Part shown: positions 39,455 through 49,673 of the stretch, one piece after another
How positions within the stretch are numbered: the first letter of the stretch is position 1
How the letters are laid out: every line of letters begins with the position of its first letter
Source: Patescibacteria group bacterium
GTDB taxonomy: Bacteria > Patescibacteriota > Patescibacteriia > UBA9570 > JAHJKD01
NCBI GenBank assembly: GCA_018822435.1
Contig: JAHJKD010000049.1
Span: forward strand, 6,511-70,510
Direction of reading: 5' to 3'
DNA length: 64,000 bases
Notes under the pieces: generated by a model
What the model saw: the letters and a program-made list of their open reading frames with translations, nothing else
The model's database searches: none
Told to the model about the DNA's origin: nothing
Position numbers and translations under genes: made by a program

Positions 39455-39983
39455 CCTTCGCCGAGGCTTCGGATGGTCTTCGACTTATTATTACTTTGGC
39501 AGGCTGGACTACCTTGCCGTTTAATCTAAACCCGGATTGGGTTTCTTTGATTATAATATTATCTTTTTCTCCTTTTTCTTCTTTGATGGCTTCATGTAGT
39601 TCTGGATCAAACTTCTCGCCGACTGTTTTTATCTCTTCAATGTTATTATCTTCCAGAAATTTATAAAGATAGTCTTGAATATGTTTCATGCCTTGTATCC
39701 AGTCTGATTCTCTTTCATCTTCTGGAACAGCATTAAAGGCGTGTTTGAAATAATCGACCAGCGGCAGGATCTGCATGAGCATGTCTTCGCAGGCATATTT
39801 GCGAAATTCAGACATCTGCTTTTCTGTAGACTTTTGCAGGTTCTGCATTTCTGCCTGGGACCGTTTCCAGCCGTCTAGATATTCGGCGCATTTTTTCTCT
39901 AAATCAGCCCTTCGATACAATTCTCCGCTCCGCTCCGAATCACTCAGGGCTTCGCCCTTTTTATTTTTTTTATCTTTCTTCAT
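39432..39983 (-). CDS. grpE: Nucleotide exchange factor GrpE
   Basis: Long helix + C-terminal beta domain pattern. Confidence 0.8.
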   Translation of the reverse strand: MKKDKKNKKGEALSDSERSGELYRRADLEKKCAEYLDGWKRSQAEMQNLQKSTEKQMSEFRKYACEDMLMQILPLVDYFKHAFNAVPEDERESDWIQGMKHIQDYLYKFLEDNNIEEIKTVGEKFDPELHEAIKEEKGEKDNIIIKETQSGFRLNGKVVQPAKVIISRRPSEASAKDGIKEKK

Positions 39984-39987
39984 TAAT

Positions 39988-40692
39988 TTAATTAAATTGT
40001 TTGTTTAGATATTTAACAATAGAATAATTCTTGGAATAATCCATGCGCACCGGCCCTAATATGCCAATTACGCCTCTGACTTCAGCATTAAGGCTATAGC
40101 TGGTTAAGATAGCTGAGCAGTTATCTGAAAATGGATTATCTTTACCGACATATATCTCTACGTCATTTCTCATAAAATCGTTCACGTGAGACATGACTTC
40201 GTCTAATTGATCAACCACATCACCTAAATCATAGATGATATTAAGATCGGCAAATTCGGGTTTTTTCAGAATATTGGAAATGCCGGTGTAAAAAAAAGAA
40301 TTAGGGCTTAAAGAAAGGACGACGGCTTGCTCTGATAAGTCGGCGACTGTTTTGGCGATGTTTTTAATCACCTCTTCTTTTTGAACTGACTTGTCTTTGA
40401 GGAGTTTGTCGATGGTTTGGACCTGTTTGGCGTCCGGATCTTTGTCTTTGAGGAAATTGGCAATATAAAAAGAATAGCCCTTTTCGGTCGGGATGCGCCC
40501 GGCGGAAGTATGCGGAGCCGTGATAAAGCCCTCTTCTTCCAGAAAAGCCATGTAATTGCGGGCAGTGGCCGGAGAGATATCCAGCTTGCATTTTTCCACA
40601 ATATATTTGGAACCGACCGGCTTGGCCGTCTTGATATATTCTTCAATAATACGGCTTAAAAACGCCTTTTTCTTAGAATCCATTTGAGTCAT
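39988..40692 (-). CDS. hrcA: Heat-inducible repressor HrcA (start taken at MTQ; track start 40716 is GTG inside CIRCE)
   Basis: N-terminal wHTH (PVGSKYI), HrcA C-domain; CIRCE immediately upstream. Confidence 0.8.
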   Translation of the reverse strand: MTQMDSKKKAFLSRIIEEYIKTAKPVGSKYIVEKCKLDISPATARNYMAFLEEEGFITAPHTSAGRIPTEKGYSFYIANFLKDKDPDAKQVQTIDKLLKDKSVQKEEVIKNIAKTVADLSEQAVVLSLSPNSFFYTGISNILKKPEFADLNIIYDLGDVVDQLDEVMSHVNDFMRNDVEIYVGKDNPFSDNCSAILTSYSLNAEVRGVIGILGPVRMDYSKNYSIVKYLNKQFN

Positions 40693-40709
40693 AGAGATAT
40701 GATAAAACA

Positions 40710-40736
40710 TTAGCACTCTAGTGTCAAGAGTGCTAA
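40710..40736 (-). promoter_or_regulatory. CIRCE operator (TTAGCACTC-N9-GAGTGCTAA)
   Basis: Perfect 9-N9-9 inverted repeat matching the CIRCE consensus. Confidence 0.9.
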
Positions 40737-40994
40737 ATTAGGAACACGAAGATGCAAAATATCGAACATCTCGAAGGTAAAGACTTTTATATACAAATAT
40801 CAGTTTTAATACTATTGAGTGCGTCCAGATGATGGCATGAAGGTTTTCTTCGTGGTTTTCGCCATTTCGTGTTTTCGTGATCCAAATACCAACATCCCCT
40901 CTTAGAAGGCCTATATAAGTATAGAAATTCAGTTGAAGGGAGGAAAAGGAGCATGTGATAATCATTCTTTTACTGATTCCCTTCTGATGCGGAG

Positions 40995-41333
40995 TTATAC
41001 GTAGATAACGCGCATGCGTTTCCACTCGCTGGGCAATTCCGTTCGATTTCTGACCCAGGTAATCAGGTACCCGCCTCTTTTGTGGGAATAGAACGCTATT
41101 CCCTGGGGAGGCTGGTCCTGGGCCGCCGCTTGCAGGGCAGCCGGGACACAAGGATCAATTCTTTCGGGCAGCTTAATGAGAGCGGCCCGTTCGGGAATCA
41201 TCAAATTTTTAAATTCCCAGATAGCTTGTTCATTGAGCTCGAATCCGGCGGCGTTGCCACGGAGAATAGGCTCAATGATCATAATGCGAGGCATCCCTTT
41301 CGGGAACCAGCAACGGAAATACTTTTCGCTCAT
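40995..41333 (-). CDS. Hypothetical protein in GC-rich islet (112 aa)
   Basis: AAAGGAG SD 9 nt upstream of ATG; about 58% GC. Confidence 0.45.
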   Translation of the reverse strand: MSEKYFRCWFPKGMPRIMIIEPILRGNAAGFELNEQAIWEFKNLMIPERAALIKLPERIDPCVPAALQAAAQDQPPQGIAFYSHKRGGYLITWVRNRTELPSEWKRMRVIYV

Positions 41334-41468
41334 TTCTCAAGCTCCTTTTCCTCGAAACTAAACGCTTTTCCCCTAATAAGCGCTAAAAATAATGTACAAA
41401 AAATGGGGTGTTTATATTACACCTTTTATGTGAAATAATCAATATTAAATTTTAAGACTAAAAATTTG

Positions 41469-41540
41469 CACCGCCTAGGGGAATCGAACCCCTGTTGCAT
41501 GGATGAGAACCATGTGTCCTAGCCACTAGACGAAGGCGGC
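41469..41540 (-). tRNA. tRNA-Glu (anticodon CUC)
   Basis: Manual fold: acceptor GCCGCCU/AGGCGGU, loop UUCUCAU, T-loop UUCGAUU; resembles canonical tRNA-Glu. Confidence 0.8.
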
Positions 41541-41576
41541 AAAATTTAGGCCCCGATCTTTTCAGGGCCTATTATT

Positions 41577-41861
41577 TTAGAGTTTTTTGTTGATCATGTC
41601 AATCAGCATTTCCATGTTTTTTATTACCCCGTCACCCCAATTTGCCATGGGCCTGTTCTGGAGCAGACCGAATGTTTCATGCACGACCTCAGACAGTTCT
41701 TTGCGTAAATTATCATCTTCCACGTTTACTAAATTCCGGTCAAAATCTTTGAGAATGATGGTGACGTTTTCGACTTGCATCTCGTCAAAGTCAACGCCAT
41801 ATTCCATTTTCTCAAGAATATCTTCAATTTTATTTTTTTGTGCTTCCCAATCAGCTGCCAT
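41577..41861 (-). CDS. Hypothetical small acidic protein (94 aa)
   Basis: ORF only. Confidence 0.35.
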   Translation of the reverse strand: MAADWEAQKNKIEDILEKMEYGVDFDEMQVENVTIILKDFDRNLVNVEDDNLRKELSEVVHETFGLLQNRPMANWGDGVIKNMEMLIDMINKKL

Positions 41862-41871
41862 ATATTTTATT

Positions 41872-42885
41872 TTATTTTATTTGTTTTGCTATTTCTACGG
41901 CCTGATCAACCAAGCGAACAGAGTATCCCCATTCATTGTCATACCAGGAAATGATCTTTGCCAGATTTCCACCTGTGACCTTGGTTAAGGACAAATCAAC
42001 AATAGAAGAAGCCGGATTGCCAATGATGTCATGAGAAACAATCGGGTCTTCCGTGCATTCAAGGATGCCTTTTAAGTACCCTTTTTCGGCCGTTTTCAGA
42101 GCTTCGTTAATTTCTTCGGCTGTAGCGTCTTTCTTTAATAAAATGGTCATATCTGATAATGATCCGCAAGGCGTGGGGACCCTGACAGCCATGCCATCGA
42201 AAATTCCTTCTAAATCAGGAATAGTCAGGCCGACTGCTTTGGCCGCGCCGGTTTCCGTGGGAACCATGTTTAAGGCAGCGGCACGGGCACGACGGTAATC
42301 TTTATGCGTTCCATCAACCAGGTTCTGATCCGCAGTATAAGAATGAATAGTGGTCATAAAAGCTTTTTCAACACCAAAGTTATCATTGATAACACGCATT
42401 ACTGGAGCCATACAGTTGGTGGTGCAAGAAGCATTGGAAATAATCAGTTCATCATCTTTCATGTCTTCCTGGTTCACACCAAGAACATAAGTACCGACCG
42501 GGTCGTCCCCTTTGGCCGGAGCAGAAATGATCACGCGCTTGGCACCGGCTTTAAGATGTTTGGAAGCTTGTTCTTTGGTGCGAAAAACGCCAGTGCATTC
42601 CAAAGCGACGTCAACCTCCAGATCTTTCCAGGGAAGATTTTCCGGGTCCTTCTCAGAAAGCTTTAAATATTCTTTGCCGTCGACAATAAGCTTGTCATCT
42701 CCCCTTGCTTCAACCGTGCCCGGATAAACGCCGTAAACAGAATCATACTTAAATAGATAAGCCGACATTTCTACGGGTGAAAGTCCATTGATAGCAACGA
42801 TTTCAATATCATCTCTTTTGGCAGCAGATTTGAATGCGGATTGGCCGATGCGACCGAAACCATTGATGGCAATTTTGATAGGCAT
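41872..42885 (-). CDS. gap: Glyceraldehyde-3-phosphate dehydrogenase (start at MPIKIAINGFGRIG; track start is an upstream GTG)
   Basis: NGFGRIG Rossmann motif, catalytic SNASCTTNC. Confidence 0.9.
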   Translation of the reverse strand: MPIKIAINGFGRIGQSAFKSAAKRDDIEIVAINGLSPVEMSAYLFKYDSVYGVYPGTVEARGDDKLIVDGKEYLKLSEKDPENLPWKDLEVDVALECTGVFRTKEQASKHLKAGAKRVIISAPAKGDDPVGTYVLGVNQEDMKDDELIISNASCTTNCMAPVMRVINDNFGVEKAFMTTIHSYTADQNLVDGTHKDYRRARAAALNMVPTETGAAKAVGLTIPDLEGIFDGMAVRVPTPCGSLSDMTILLKKDATAEEINEALKTAEKGYLKGILECTEDPIVSHDIIGNPASSIVDLSLTKVTGGNLAKIISWYDNEWGYSVRLVDQAVEIAKQIK

Positions 42886-42895
42886 AATTTTTTTA

Positions 42896-42927
42896 TGAGA
42901 CACGATAAATCGCGTCTTTACTTAAAT
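42896..42927 (-). promoter_or_regulatory. Conserved leader hairpin family A, copy 3 (upstream of gap)
   Basis: TGAGACACGATAAATCGCGTCTTTACTTAAAT, 10 nt from gap ATG. Confidence 0.6.
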
Positions 42928-42940
42928 TATTAATAATGAT

Positions 42941-43444
42941 TTAAAAAATGGAGACAGCCCCCATTGTAAATAATGTTACTATTATCCCTGCTATTATAAC
43001 CCCTAAAAAGATCAAAGGCAAGGCATTTCTATACTTAATTCCGAACAGCCAGGCAGCTAAAGCTCCTGTATAAGCACCAGTCATGGGCAGGGGAATGGCG
43101 ACAAAAAATATAAGGGCAAAATCACCCCAGGATTTATGTTTGTCGTAAAATCTTTTTCTGGTTCTTTCAAATAACCAATTAAAAAATCTATCAAATATTT
43201 TTATTTTTTTAAGCAGTTTATAAACCGGATCCATTAGATATAAAATAAAAAATACCGGGATCATGTTACCAATAACGGCCGCCACAAAAACTGTTTTCCA
43301 GTCCAGCCCGAAAACACTAATTCCGATCGGGATGGCAGCGCGCAGCTCTCCGACTGGGATCATGGCAATAATAGCCGTGCCAAGCCAGGCCGGAATTCCA
43401 GAGACAAAATTAACTAAAATTTCATCCATATTATTTATTCCCAA
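42941..43444 (-). CDS. Small membrane protein (putative small multidrug export protein-like)
   Basis: 4 TM helices; weak family resemblance. Confidence 0.4.
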   Translation of the reverse strand: MGINNMDEILVNFVSGIPAWLGTAIIAMIPVGELRAAIPIGISVFGLDWKTVFVAAVIGNMIPVFFILYLMDPVYKLLKKIKIFDRFFNWLFERTRKRFYDKHKSWGDFALIFFVAIPLPMTGAYTGALAAWLFGIKYRNALPLIFLGVIIAGIIVTLFTMGAVSIF

Positions 43445-44385
43445 TTATAATTATTATAAACCCACTCTACGATATCCTGAGTTTCATAAAATCTCTCATT
43501 ATCATCTTCCACTCCTAAAACAGCCACGATTATTTCATGGCCCCATTCATCTGTATTTAAAGAGAGAAGGCAGAATCCCGCTTCATCTGTGTAACCTGTC
43601 TTGCCGCCGATCATAAATGCATCCCCCCAGGTAATAAGCTTATTTGTATTTTTAATGGCGATCTCTTCATCTGAATCAGTTCTTTTCATGCGGTGATAGT
43701 CCATGCCTAATGGCTCACGGATAACGTCCCGGGCAAAAGCGGCCTTAGCCAGCTTGACCAGATCCTGGGCCGTGGATTGATTGCCCTCTTCCAGGCCGGT
43801 TGGCTCCACAAATGTCGAATCATTCATGCCCAGCATCCGCGCCTTCTCATTCATGAGCTGTTTGTAAATATCGTCGGAAATTTCCGTGGAATGGGCCAAT
43901 GCCAAAGCGGCATTATTGCGGGAACCAACTAAAGCGGTTCTGAGCAAATCATAAGTAGAAAATTGCTCCCCCTCTCCCGCGGGCAGGCGGGCGCCAATCA
44001 GCCAGTTTTCGTCATTGGATATAGAATGCATATGGTTCCAACCCGGATTATGATCCAGAAAAACTAAAACATTCATCAGCTTGGTGATAGAAGCGATGGG
44101 CATGGGCTCTTCCGCGTTTTTCTGCCATAGGATCTTGCCGGAATTTTTATCCACAGCAATAGCCGCCCGAGAACCAATGTCTTCTGGTCCATTGCTTTCT
44201 GTGATTTTTTTTGGAGGTGGGATAGCCAGGGGCAACCGGGGGGAAGGTTCGATTTCCAAGACGGTATCATTGACCTGGTCATAAGTAGGCGGAATATAAA
44301 AAGTCTCTTCAACAAGAACGGCGGGCAGGCCTAAGCCTGTCAGCTGTGCGATTAAAGCTGCTCCGACAATAAAATTATTCAGCAT
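43435..44385 (-). CDS. D-alanyl-D-alanine carboxypeptidase (PBP5/6-type)
   Basis: SITK, SRNN, KTGYT active-site motifs. Confidence 0.8.
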   Translation of the reverse strand: MLNNFIVGAALIAQLTGLGLPAVLVEETFYIPPTYDQVNDTVLEIEPSPRLPLAIPPPKKITESNGPEDIGSRAAIAVDKNSGKILWQKNAEEPMPIASITKLMNVLVFLDHNPGWNHMHSISNDENWLIGARLPAGEGEQFSTYDLLRTALVGSRNNAALALAHSTEISDDIYKQLMNEKARMLGMNDSTFVEPTGLEEGNQSTAQDLVKLAKAAFARDVIREPLGMDYHRMKRTDSDEEIAIKNTNKLITWGDAFMIGGKTGYTDEAGFCLLSLNTDEWGHEIIVAVLGVEDDNERFYETQDIVEWVYNNYNWE

Positions 44386-44947
44386 GTTGGAAAAAGTCTT
44401 CTTTGTCTTTTTTCTGGTCTACTAATATCTGGCCCAGTTTGATGTCTTTATTCAAGCGTTCAAAATCCGGTAATTCAGAAATTTCTGATATACCTAAATA
44501 TTTCATAAAATCCATGGACACATCATAAACTTCTATGCCTTTTTTCTTTTCCACTTTTTCAGTGATCAATCCCCTGATCATTAAATTCCTGAGAATAAGA
44601 GAACAATTTATTCCCCTGATCATTTCTAGTTCTGCTTTTGTAATCGGACCGCGATAAGCAATGATCGTTAAAGTTTCCAGAGAAGGCCGGGTTAATTCAC
44701 CGGTGCGTTCATCCTTTAAATAAGTCCTGATAATTTCATTGTTATCCGGATGAGTGGCTAATTCTGCCTTGTCCGCCTGCCTGACTAAAATTAAACCAGC
44801 GCCTCTTTCTTCTAGAGAAGCGGATAATTCATTTAAGGCAGTTTTAATTTCCTCTTTGTCTGCGCCAGTCAGATCTGCTAATTTCTTAACAGCCATAGGC
44901 CGGCCAGAGGTAAATAAGAGGGATTCGATTTGTGATTTTAAATCCAT
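44375..44947 (-). CDS. scpB: Segregation and condensation protein B
   Basis: Tandem winged-helix pattern, operon with scpA. Confidence 0.75.
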   Translation of the reverse strand: MDLKSQIESLLFTSGRPMAVKKLADLTGADKEEIKTALNELSASLEERGAGLILVRQADKAELATHPDNNEIIRTYLKDERTGELTRPSLETLTIIAYRGPITKAELEMIRGINCSLILRNLMIRGLITEKVEKKKGIEVYDVSMDFMKYLGISEISELPDFERLNKDIKLGQILVDQKKDKEDFFQHAE

Positions 44948-45027
44948 ATATTTTTATTTCCTCACCCCCTAGCCCCCTCTCCGCTCCTTTCTGGAGAGGG
45001 GGAATATCTAAGTGAAGAGGTTATTTA

Positions 45028-45738
45028 TTATTCGCGATTCTTCTCTATCGTAATATCAGCAAAATGTTCGTCCTGGGTAACGCAGACCATTTGTTTGCGG
45101 ACCAATTCCAGAAGGGCAAGAAAAGTGACCACGATATCCGCTTTTTGTTCGCCTTTGCCGGTCAAATGATTGAATGATGTTTTTAACTCCTTATGTAAGA
45201 CATCCTGGATAGCGCATATCTTTTCCTTTAATGTAACGGCCTTATCAATGGCCGCCTTAGGCAGCCTAACAATAGGCTCCAAAGATTTCAAGACCAGCTG
45301 GAATATTTCCCTCAATTCCTTAGGTGTCATCTTCTTTTTAGGCGGAGAAAATATCACTTCTTCCGTGCTTGGCTTAGCCTGGGGGCGGCCATAGGCAAAA
45401 TTGCCCTTTAACAATATTTTCTCCATTACTTTCGAAGCTTCAGCATATTCTTTATAAACTTTAAGTTGCTCTTCTAGATTCGTTTCTTCTTCATCGTCAT
45501 CTACTTGTAAGTAAGGGAGTAAAGTCCGGGATTTTAACAATAAAAGCTTAGTGGCCACAACTAAAAAGTCAGCCAGCTCTTCCGGATACAGCTCTTCTAC
45601 TTTATCAAGGTGGTCCACGTATTGCTTCGTGACTTTGGAAAGCGATATTTCCGTAATATCAAGCTTTTCTTCCTCAATCAGATTGAGCAATAAATCTAAA
45701 GGACCTTGGAATTGTTCTAACCTGACTTTATATTCCAT
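45028..45738 (-). CDS. scpA: Segregation and condensation protein A (kleisin)
   Basis: LEQFQGPLDLLLNLI N-terminus typical of ScpA. Confidence 0.75.
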   Translation of the reverse strand: MEYKVRLEQFQGPLDLLLNLIEEEKLDITEISLSKVTKQYVDHLDKVEELYPEELADFLVVATKLLLLKSRTLLPYLQVDDDEEETNLEEQLKVYKEYAEASKVMEKILLKGNFAYGRPQAKPSTEEVIFSPPKKKMTPKELREIFQLVLKSLEPIVRLPKAAIDKAVTLKEKICAIQDVLHKELKTSFNHLTGKGEQKADIVVTFLALLELVRKQMVCVTQDEHFADITIEKNRE

Positions 45739-46239
45739 TTATTTCTTCTTGGAAAAACTGCCTTTTATTAATTCTGGTTCTAGTTTTAATAAATCTTGGG
45801 ATTTTATTTCTATAGATTCAGTATATTCCCCTGAACTGACTTGAAGTTTTTTCTGATTCAGAAGCGGGCCGTCCATATATGTTGGCATCTTAAATAAACT
45901 GCCAAAAGGCGGGGTTGCGCCGACTTTACCGATCAGGTTTTTCTTCATCCAGGGTTCCTTAGCAAAACTAATCTTCTTGATAGCTTTTTCCCCGGCTTTT
46001 TTTCGGGCCGTATTCACGACTTTCTTAAATTTGGCAGTATCCAGGTTTTTATTCGCCGGCAACATGGCAATAGCATGCTCGCTATCCAGCTTCATGACCA
46101 AAGTCTTAGCAGTTAGCTTAGGGTCCTGCTTTTGCGTGGCGGTACGATCCAGAGCAGTATAAACCTTACGATGTTCAACCACTTCGTATTTGACCTTGTT
46201 ATCGTCTAATAATTTTAATAGCTTCTTGGGAATGGCCAT
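45739..46239 (-). CDS. YbaK/ProX-type aminoacyl-tRNA deacylase domain protein
   Basis: Pattern YEVVEH...TAKTLVMK characteristic of the YbaK fold. Confidence 0.55.
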   Translation of the reverse strand: MAIPKKLLKLLDDNKVKYEVVEHRKVYTALDRTATQKQDPKLTAKTLVMKLDSEHAIAMLPANKNLDTAKFKKVVNTARKKAGEKAIKKISFAKEPWMKKNLIGKVGATPPFGSLFKMPTYMDGPLLNQKKLQVSSGEYTESIEIKSQDLLKLEPELIKGSFSKKK

Positions 46240-47714
46240 TATTTTTTCTTTTTGGATTTATCTTTTGGTTTAGCTTTGGTCTCGCCTTTATCGCGCTTGA
46301 ACTTTTTTCTTTCAACGCAGAGAATTATCAATTTACCGATAAATAATAAGCCGAGCACCTTAGCAGCCGCCAGAGCCGCAGCTGAGGCAATAATATCATC
46401 CTGTAAGTAATAGTAAGAGCCAACATTATCAAACATCTGGATCCAGGCAAACACCGTGATCACAGTGGCCAGAGCCATGAAGGCAAAAGTGACGATAGTG
46501 TCAATGATCTGCAAGACAATAAATACAATCCGAGCTTTAACATTTTTTGTCAGGAAGAAAATCGAAGTGTAGATAATAAAAAGAAGGCCGAATGGAGACA
46601 TAATGCCAATCACGATGCCGATGGCAATAAATACCAGAGTGTACATGACTAGCTGGGTCGTATCCTCACCAGACCATTCATAGCCGCCTTTTACAGTCGC
46701 GTCCTTTTCTGTGTCTTTGGGGAAGATGTCGTTATCCATGTCGGCGTAGGCCATGTAGGTGTAAAGTTTGGTCAGGTAATAATTTGACTGCTCCGCGGTA
46801 ACCCAGGGATCGCCGTTGGTGTCGACAGCCAGGTCCTGTACTTCTTTGCCGTCGATCTTGTCTGCGTATTCCGTGGTCCAGCCAGCCACTTCCTGCTGGT
46901 GGCCAGCAATGATATATAAAGTGATATCAACATAAGCGGGCGGTTCATACGGATAGGGCGGCATTAAAGCGATGTCTTCAGCCACATCGTTGGCAACTGT
47001 GGCCACTTCCCCTTCTATGGCTTCAATAGGCTGGGCGTCAGTCATGATAGTGGGGGCGTCCCCGCCGGAAATCTTGGAAATCTGCAAAGGAAAAACAATA
47101 TTCTTGGCCTGAAAAGTTAATTGCAACGGAGTAGCCGTGCCATAATTCAGCTCATCTTGAATATTTGTATCTTCAGCAAGTTTTGGCTGGATCTTAGCGG
47201 CCACAAAATACCAGCCATTGTTAATATAATCGTTAAAAATATAGGAATATTTTTCCGGATATTTGAAGCCGTTATTATTAAGCCATTTGGTCAAGGCATC
47301 AGGGTCAGTGGCAGACAAAACGGCCACATCATAATAATCAATCGTTTTTTCTTCGATGACGGTGACCTTATCACCGGCCGGAGCCGCAGCTGTTTCCGCC
47401 ATACCCAGGCCAATATCGTTATAATAATAATCACCGGTCTTTTCTTCTAAAGCGGTAAATAATTCCTGATTGCCTTTGGTGACTTCTGGTTTATTCGGAG
47501 TGGGGATAATCCAGGCGAAGTCTTTGGCATTCCCCTGGAAATTCATGCTGAGCACTAAAGTTTCCGTGGTGGTGTCTGATTCATAAAAAATAGCGCCTCT
47601 TTGCCCGGTTTCCCAGATATAGTAATCATCCGGCGGGATCAGTCCCCCGTCAGCCAGGGCCAGCCCTGGTAAGAGCAGGCAAAAAGCCAGTAATGAGAAG
47701 ATTAATTTTTTCAT
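46239..47714 (-). CDS. Secreted/membrane-anchored hypothetical protein (DUF2330-like), C-terminal TM helices and Lys-rich tail
   Basis: Signal peptide, 3-4 C-terminal TM helices. Confidence 0.4.
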   Translation of the reverse strand: MKKLIFSLLAFCLLLPGLALADGGLIPPDDYYIWETGQRGAIFYESDTTTETLVLSMNFQGNAKDFAWIIPTPNKPEVTKGNQELFTALEEKTGDYYYNDIGLGMAETAAAPAGDKVTVIEEKTIDYYDVAVLSATDPDALTKWLNNNGFKYPEKYSYIFNDYINNGWYFVAAKIQPKLAEDTNIQDELNYGTATPLQLTFQAKNIVFPLQISKISGGDAPTIMTDAQPIEAIEGEVATVANDVAEDIALMPPYPYEPPAYVDITLYIIAGHQQEVAGWTTEYADKIDGKEVQDLAVDTNGDPWVTAEQSNYYLTKLYTYMAYADMDNDIFPKDTEKDATVKGGYEWSGEDTTQLVMYTLVFIAIGIVIGIMSPFGLLFIIYTSIFFLTKNVKARIVFIVLQIIDTIVTFAFMALATVITVFAWIQMFDNVGSYYYLQDDIIASAAALAAAKVLGLLFIGKLIILCVERKKFKRDKGETKAKPKDKSKKKK

Positions 47715-47764
47715 AATTTTTTGTTTGAGGCGGATTTAGTGAAATCCGCTTTCAATTTTATTTT

Positions 47765-48061
47765 TTAAAATAATTTTTTTTGTTTTGAGGAGAGAATTTT
47801 TTCGGCCGCGGTTTTACCTCTTGTAGTCAGCTCGATTTTTTCCATGAACCACTTTTGCGGCGTTCTGCGGCCATAGCCGATCAACAAGCCTCTGTCAATC
47901 AATCTCTCAATGCTTTTAGTGATATTATTGTGCTGGTCTTTCTTGTCCGGTTTGTCTTTCTTATTTTTGTAAAAATTTAATAAATCCTCTTTTTTATAAT
48001 TATTATTGTGATTATAGACCTCCACTAGAATATATTTTTGCAAACGGGATAATTTTGTCAT
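47765..48061 (-). CDS. Small basic hypothetical protein (98 aa), possible DNA-binding
   Basis: ORF only. Confidence 0.35.
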   Translation of the reverse strand: MTKLSRLQKYILVEVYNHNNNYKKEDLLNFYKNKKDKPDKKDQHNNITKSIERLIDRGLLIGYGRRTPQKWFMEKIELTTRGKTAAEKILSSKQKKLF

Positions 48062-48128
48062 TGTAATTCGCCCTTCGATACAATTTTGCTCTACTTCGCC
48101 CTATCGGGCTTCGTAGGAGCAAAATCAC

Positions 48129-49532
48129 TCAGGGCTTCGGTCTAATTTGAATTCCTAATTCATTTAATTGGGATTTGCTGACCTCAGCCGGGGCTTCCAT
48201 CATCATGTCCCTTCCTTCCAGAGTTTTTGGGAAAGCCATAACATCGCGGATATTTTCCGCGCCAGCTAATATCATGACAATCCTATCTAGTCCGGCCGCT
48301 ATACCAGCATGCGGTGGCACGCCGTATTTAAAAGCCTCTAAAAGATGACCAAATTGTTCTTGTACATCTTTTTTGGAATGGCCCATGGCGGCAAAAACGT
48401 CAGCCAGGAGCTTAGGGTCAGGATTACGAACAGAACCACCAAATATTTCCTCGCCGTTTAAAACTAAATCGTATTGCAAGGCTTCAACTTCTTCTAGTTT
48501 GCCTTCAAATATTTTGTCTTTATCGTCTTCGCGAATCTGCGTAAAAGGATGATGAACAGCGGCCCAGGAGCCGTCTTCCCGTTTTTCAAACATAGGAAAG
48601 TCAGTTACCCAGCAAAAGGCCAGTTCGTCTTTGTCTTCTTTATTCTCTCTAATATCAGGCCGGTCTGTCTTATATTTGTCCATGGCCTCTTTGTAAGTCA
48701 TTTTTACAAAAGGCTTAATAGAAAGTTTTTTCTCAGGAGAAACTTTCTCGACTAATTTAATGAGCATGTCTTCTACCAATTTCATGATATCTTCCTGGTC
48801 AGCAAAGCTTACTTCTATGTCTAATTGGGTAAATTCGGCTTGTCGGTCGCCGCGGGCGTCTTCATCCCGGAAACAACGGGCGATCTGGAAATATCTTTCC
48901 ATGCCTGCCACCATTAACATTTGCTTGTATTGCTGGGGAGATTGGGCTAAAGAATAAAATAAACCAGGGAAATTTCTGGCAGGAACCAAATAATCTCTGG
49001 CTCCTTCTGGAGTAGACTTGCTCATATAAGGTGTCTCTATTTCCCAAAAGTCTTGTTTATATAGATATTCGCGAAAAAATCGGATGACATCGTGGCGAAG
49101 TTTGATGTTTTTCTGCATTTTTTCCCGCCTTAAATCAAGATAGCGATATTTCAGGCGATACGCTTCTCTGGATTCTTCTTTTTCCGTGTTTTCTTCAGCT
49201 ATTTCAAAAGGAGGTGTGGCAGATTTGTTCAAAACCTTTAAATCCAATGCCTCTATCTCAACATTTCCAGTAGGATCGCCTTCTTTTATTTGTTTAGGCG
49301 GTCGTTCGTTGACTTTACCCTTTATTTCAACGCAATATTCCGGGCCTAATTCCATGGCTCGAGCCACTAACTTCTTATTATTCGGTAAAAAAACAACCTG
49401 CGCCTTGGCAGAACGGTCGCGCAGGTCAATAAACACCATTTTCCCCATTTTCCGCATACTATGCACCCAACCAGCTAAAGTTACTTCTTGGCCGATATTT
49501 TCAGTTGTCTTTAAAATGTCGATTTTTTTCAT
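48129..49532 (-). CDS. aspS: Aspartate--tRNA ligase (compact type without GAD insertion; start at MKKIDIL)
   Basis: OB-fold N-domain, CFRDEDARGDRQAEFTQLD motif 2, GLDRIVMIL motif 3. Confidence 0.85.
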   Translation of the reverse strand: MKKIDILKTTENIGQEVTLAGWVHSMRKMGKMVFIDLRDRSAKAQVVFLPNNKKLVARAMELGPEYCVEIKGKVNERPPKQIKEGDPTGNVEIEALDLKVLNKSATPPFEIAEENTEKEESREAYRLKYRYLDLRREKMQKNIKLRHDVIRFFREYLYKQDFWEIETPYMSKSTPEGARDYLVPARNFPGLFYSLAQSPQQYKQMLMVAGMERYFQIARCFRDEDARGDRQAEFTQLDIEVSFADQEDIMKLVEDMLIKLVEKVSPEKKLSIKPFVKMTYKEAMDKYKTDRPDIRENKEDKDELAFCWVTDFPMFEKREDGSWAAVHHPFTQIREDDKDKIFEGKLEEVEALQYDLVLNGEEIFGGSVRNPDPKLLADVFAAMGHSKKDVQEQFGHLLEAFKYGVPPHAGIAAGLDRIVMILAGAENIRDVMAFPKTLEGRDMMMEAPAEVSKSQLNELGIQIRPKP

Positions 49533-49673
49533 ATATACTTTGTATATTATAAGATAAATATAATATAAAGACAAGCATTATTTTCGTCCGTAACCCACAT
49601 GTGTAAAACATGGGGTTACTACCGAAGTAGATTGTTTAACCCCACATTTTATATGTGTGGGTTAAACAGAATT

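Noticed and set aside
40938-40958. Start-stop mini-ORF (GGGAGG-N9-ATG-TGA) on the plus strand inside the 40.7-41.3 kb islet
   Set aside because: It could be a regulatory start-stop element. A single occurrence with no downstream plus-strand gene makes it more likely coincidental.
49575-49673. Paired palindromes upstream of aspS (GTAACCCACATG..CATGGGGTTAC; GTTTAACCCCACA..GTGTGGGTTAAAC)
   Set aside because: Probably intergenic terminator or leader hairpins like the other families. They are unique copies, so not reported as a separate element family.
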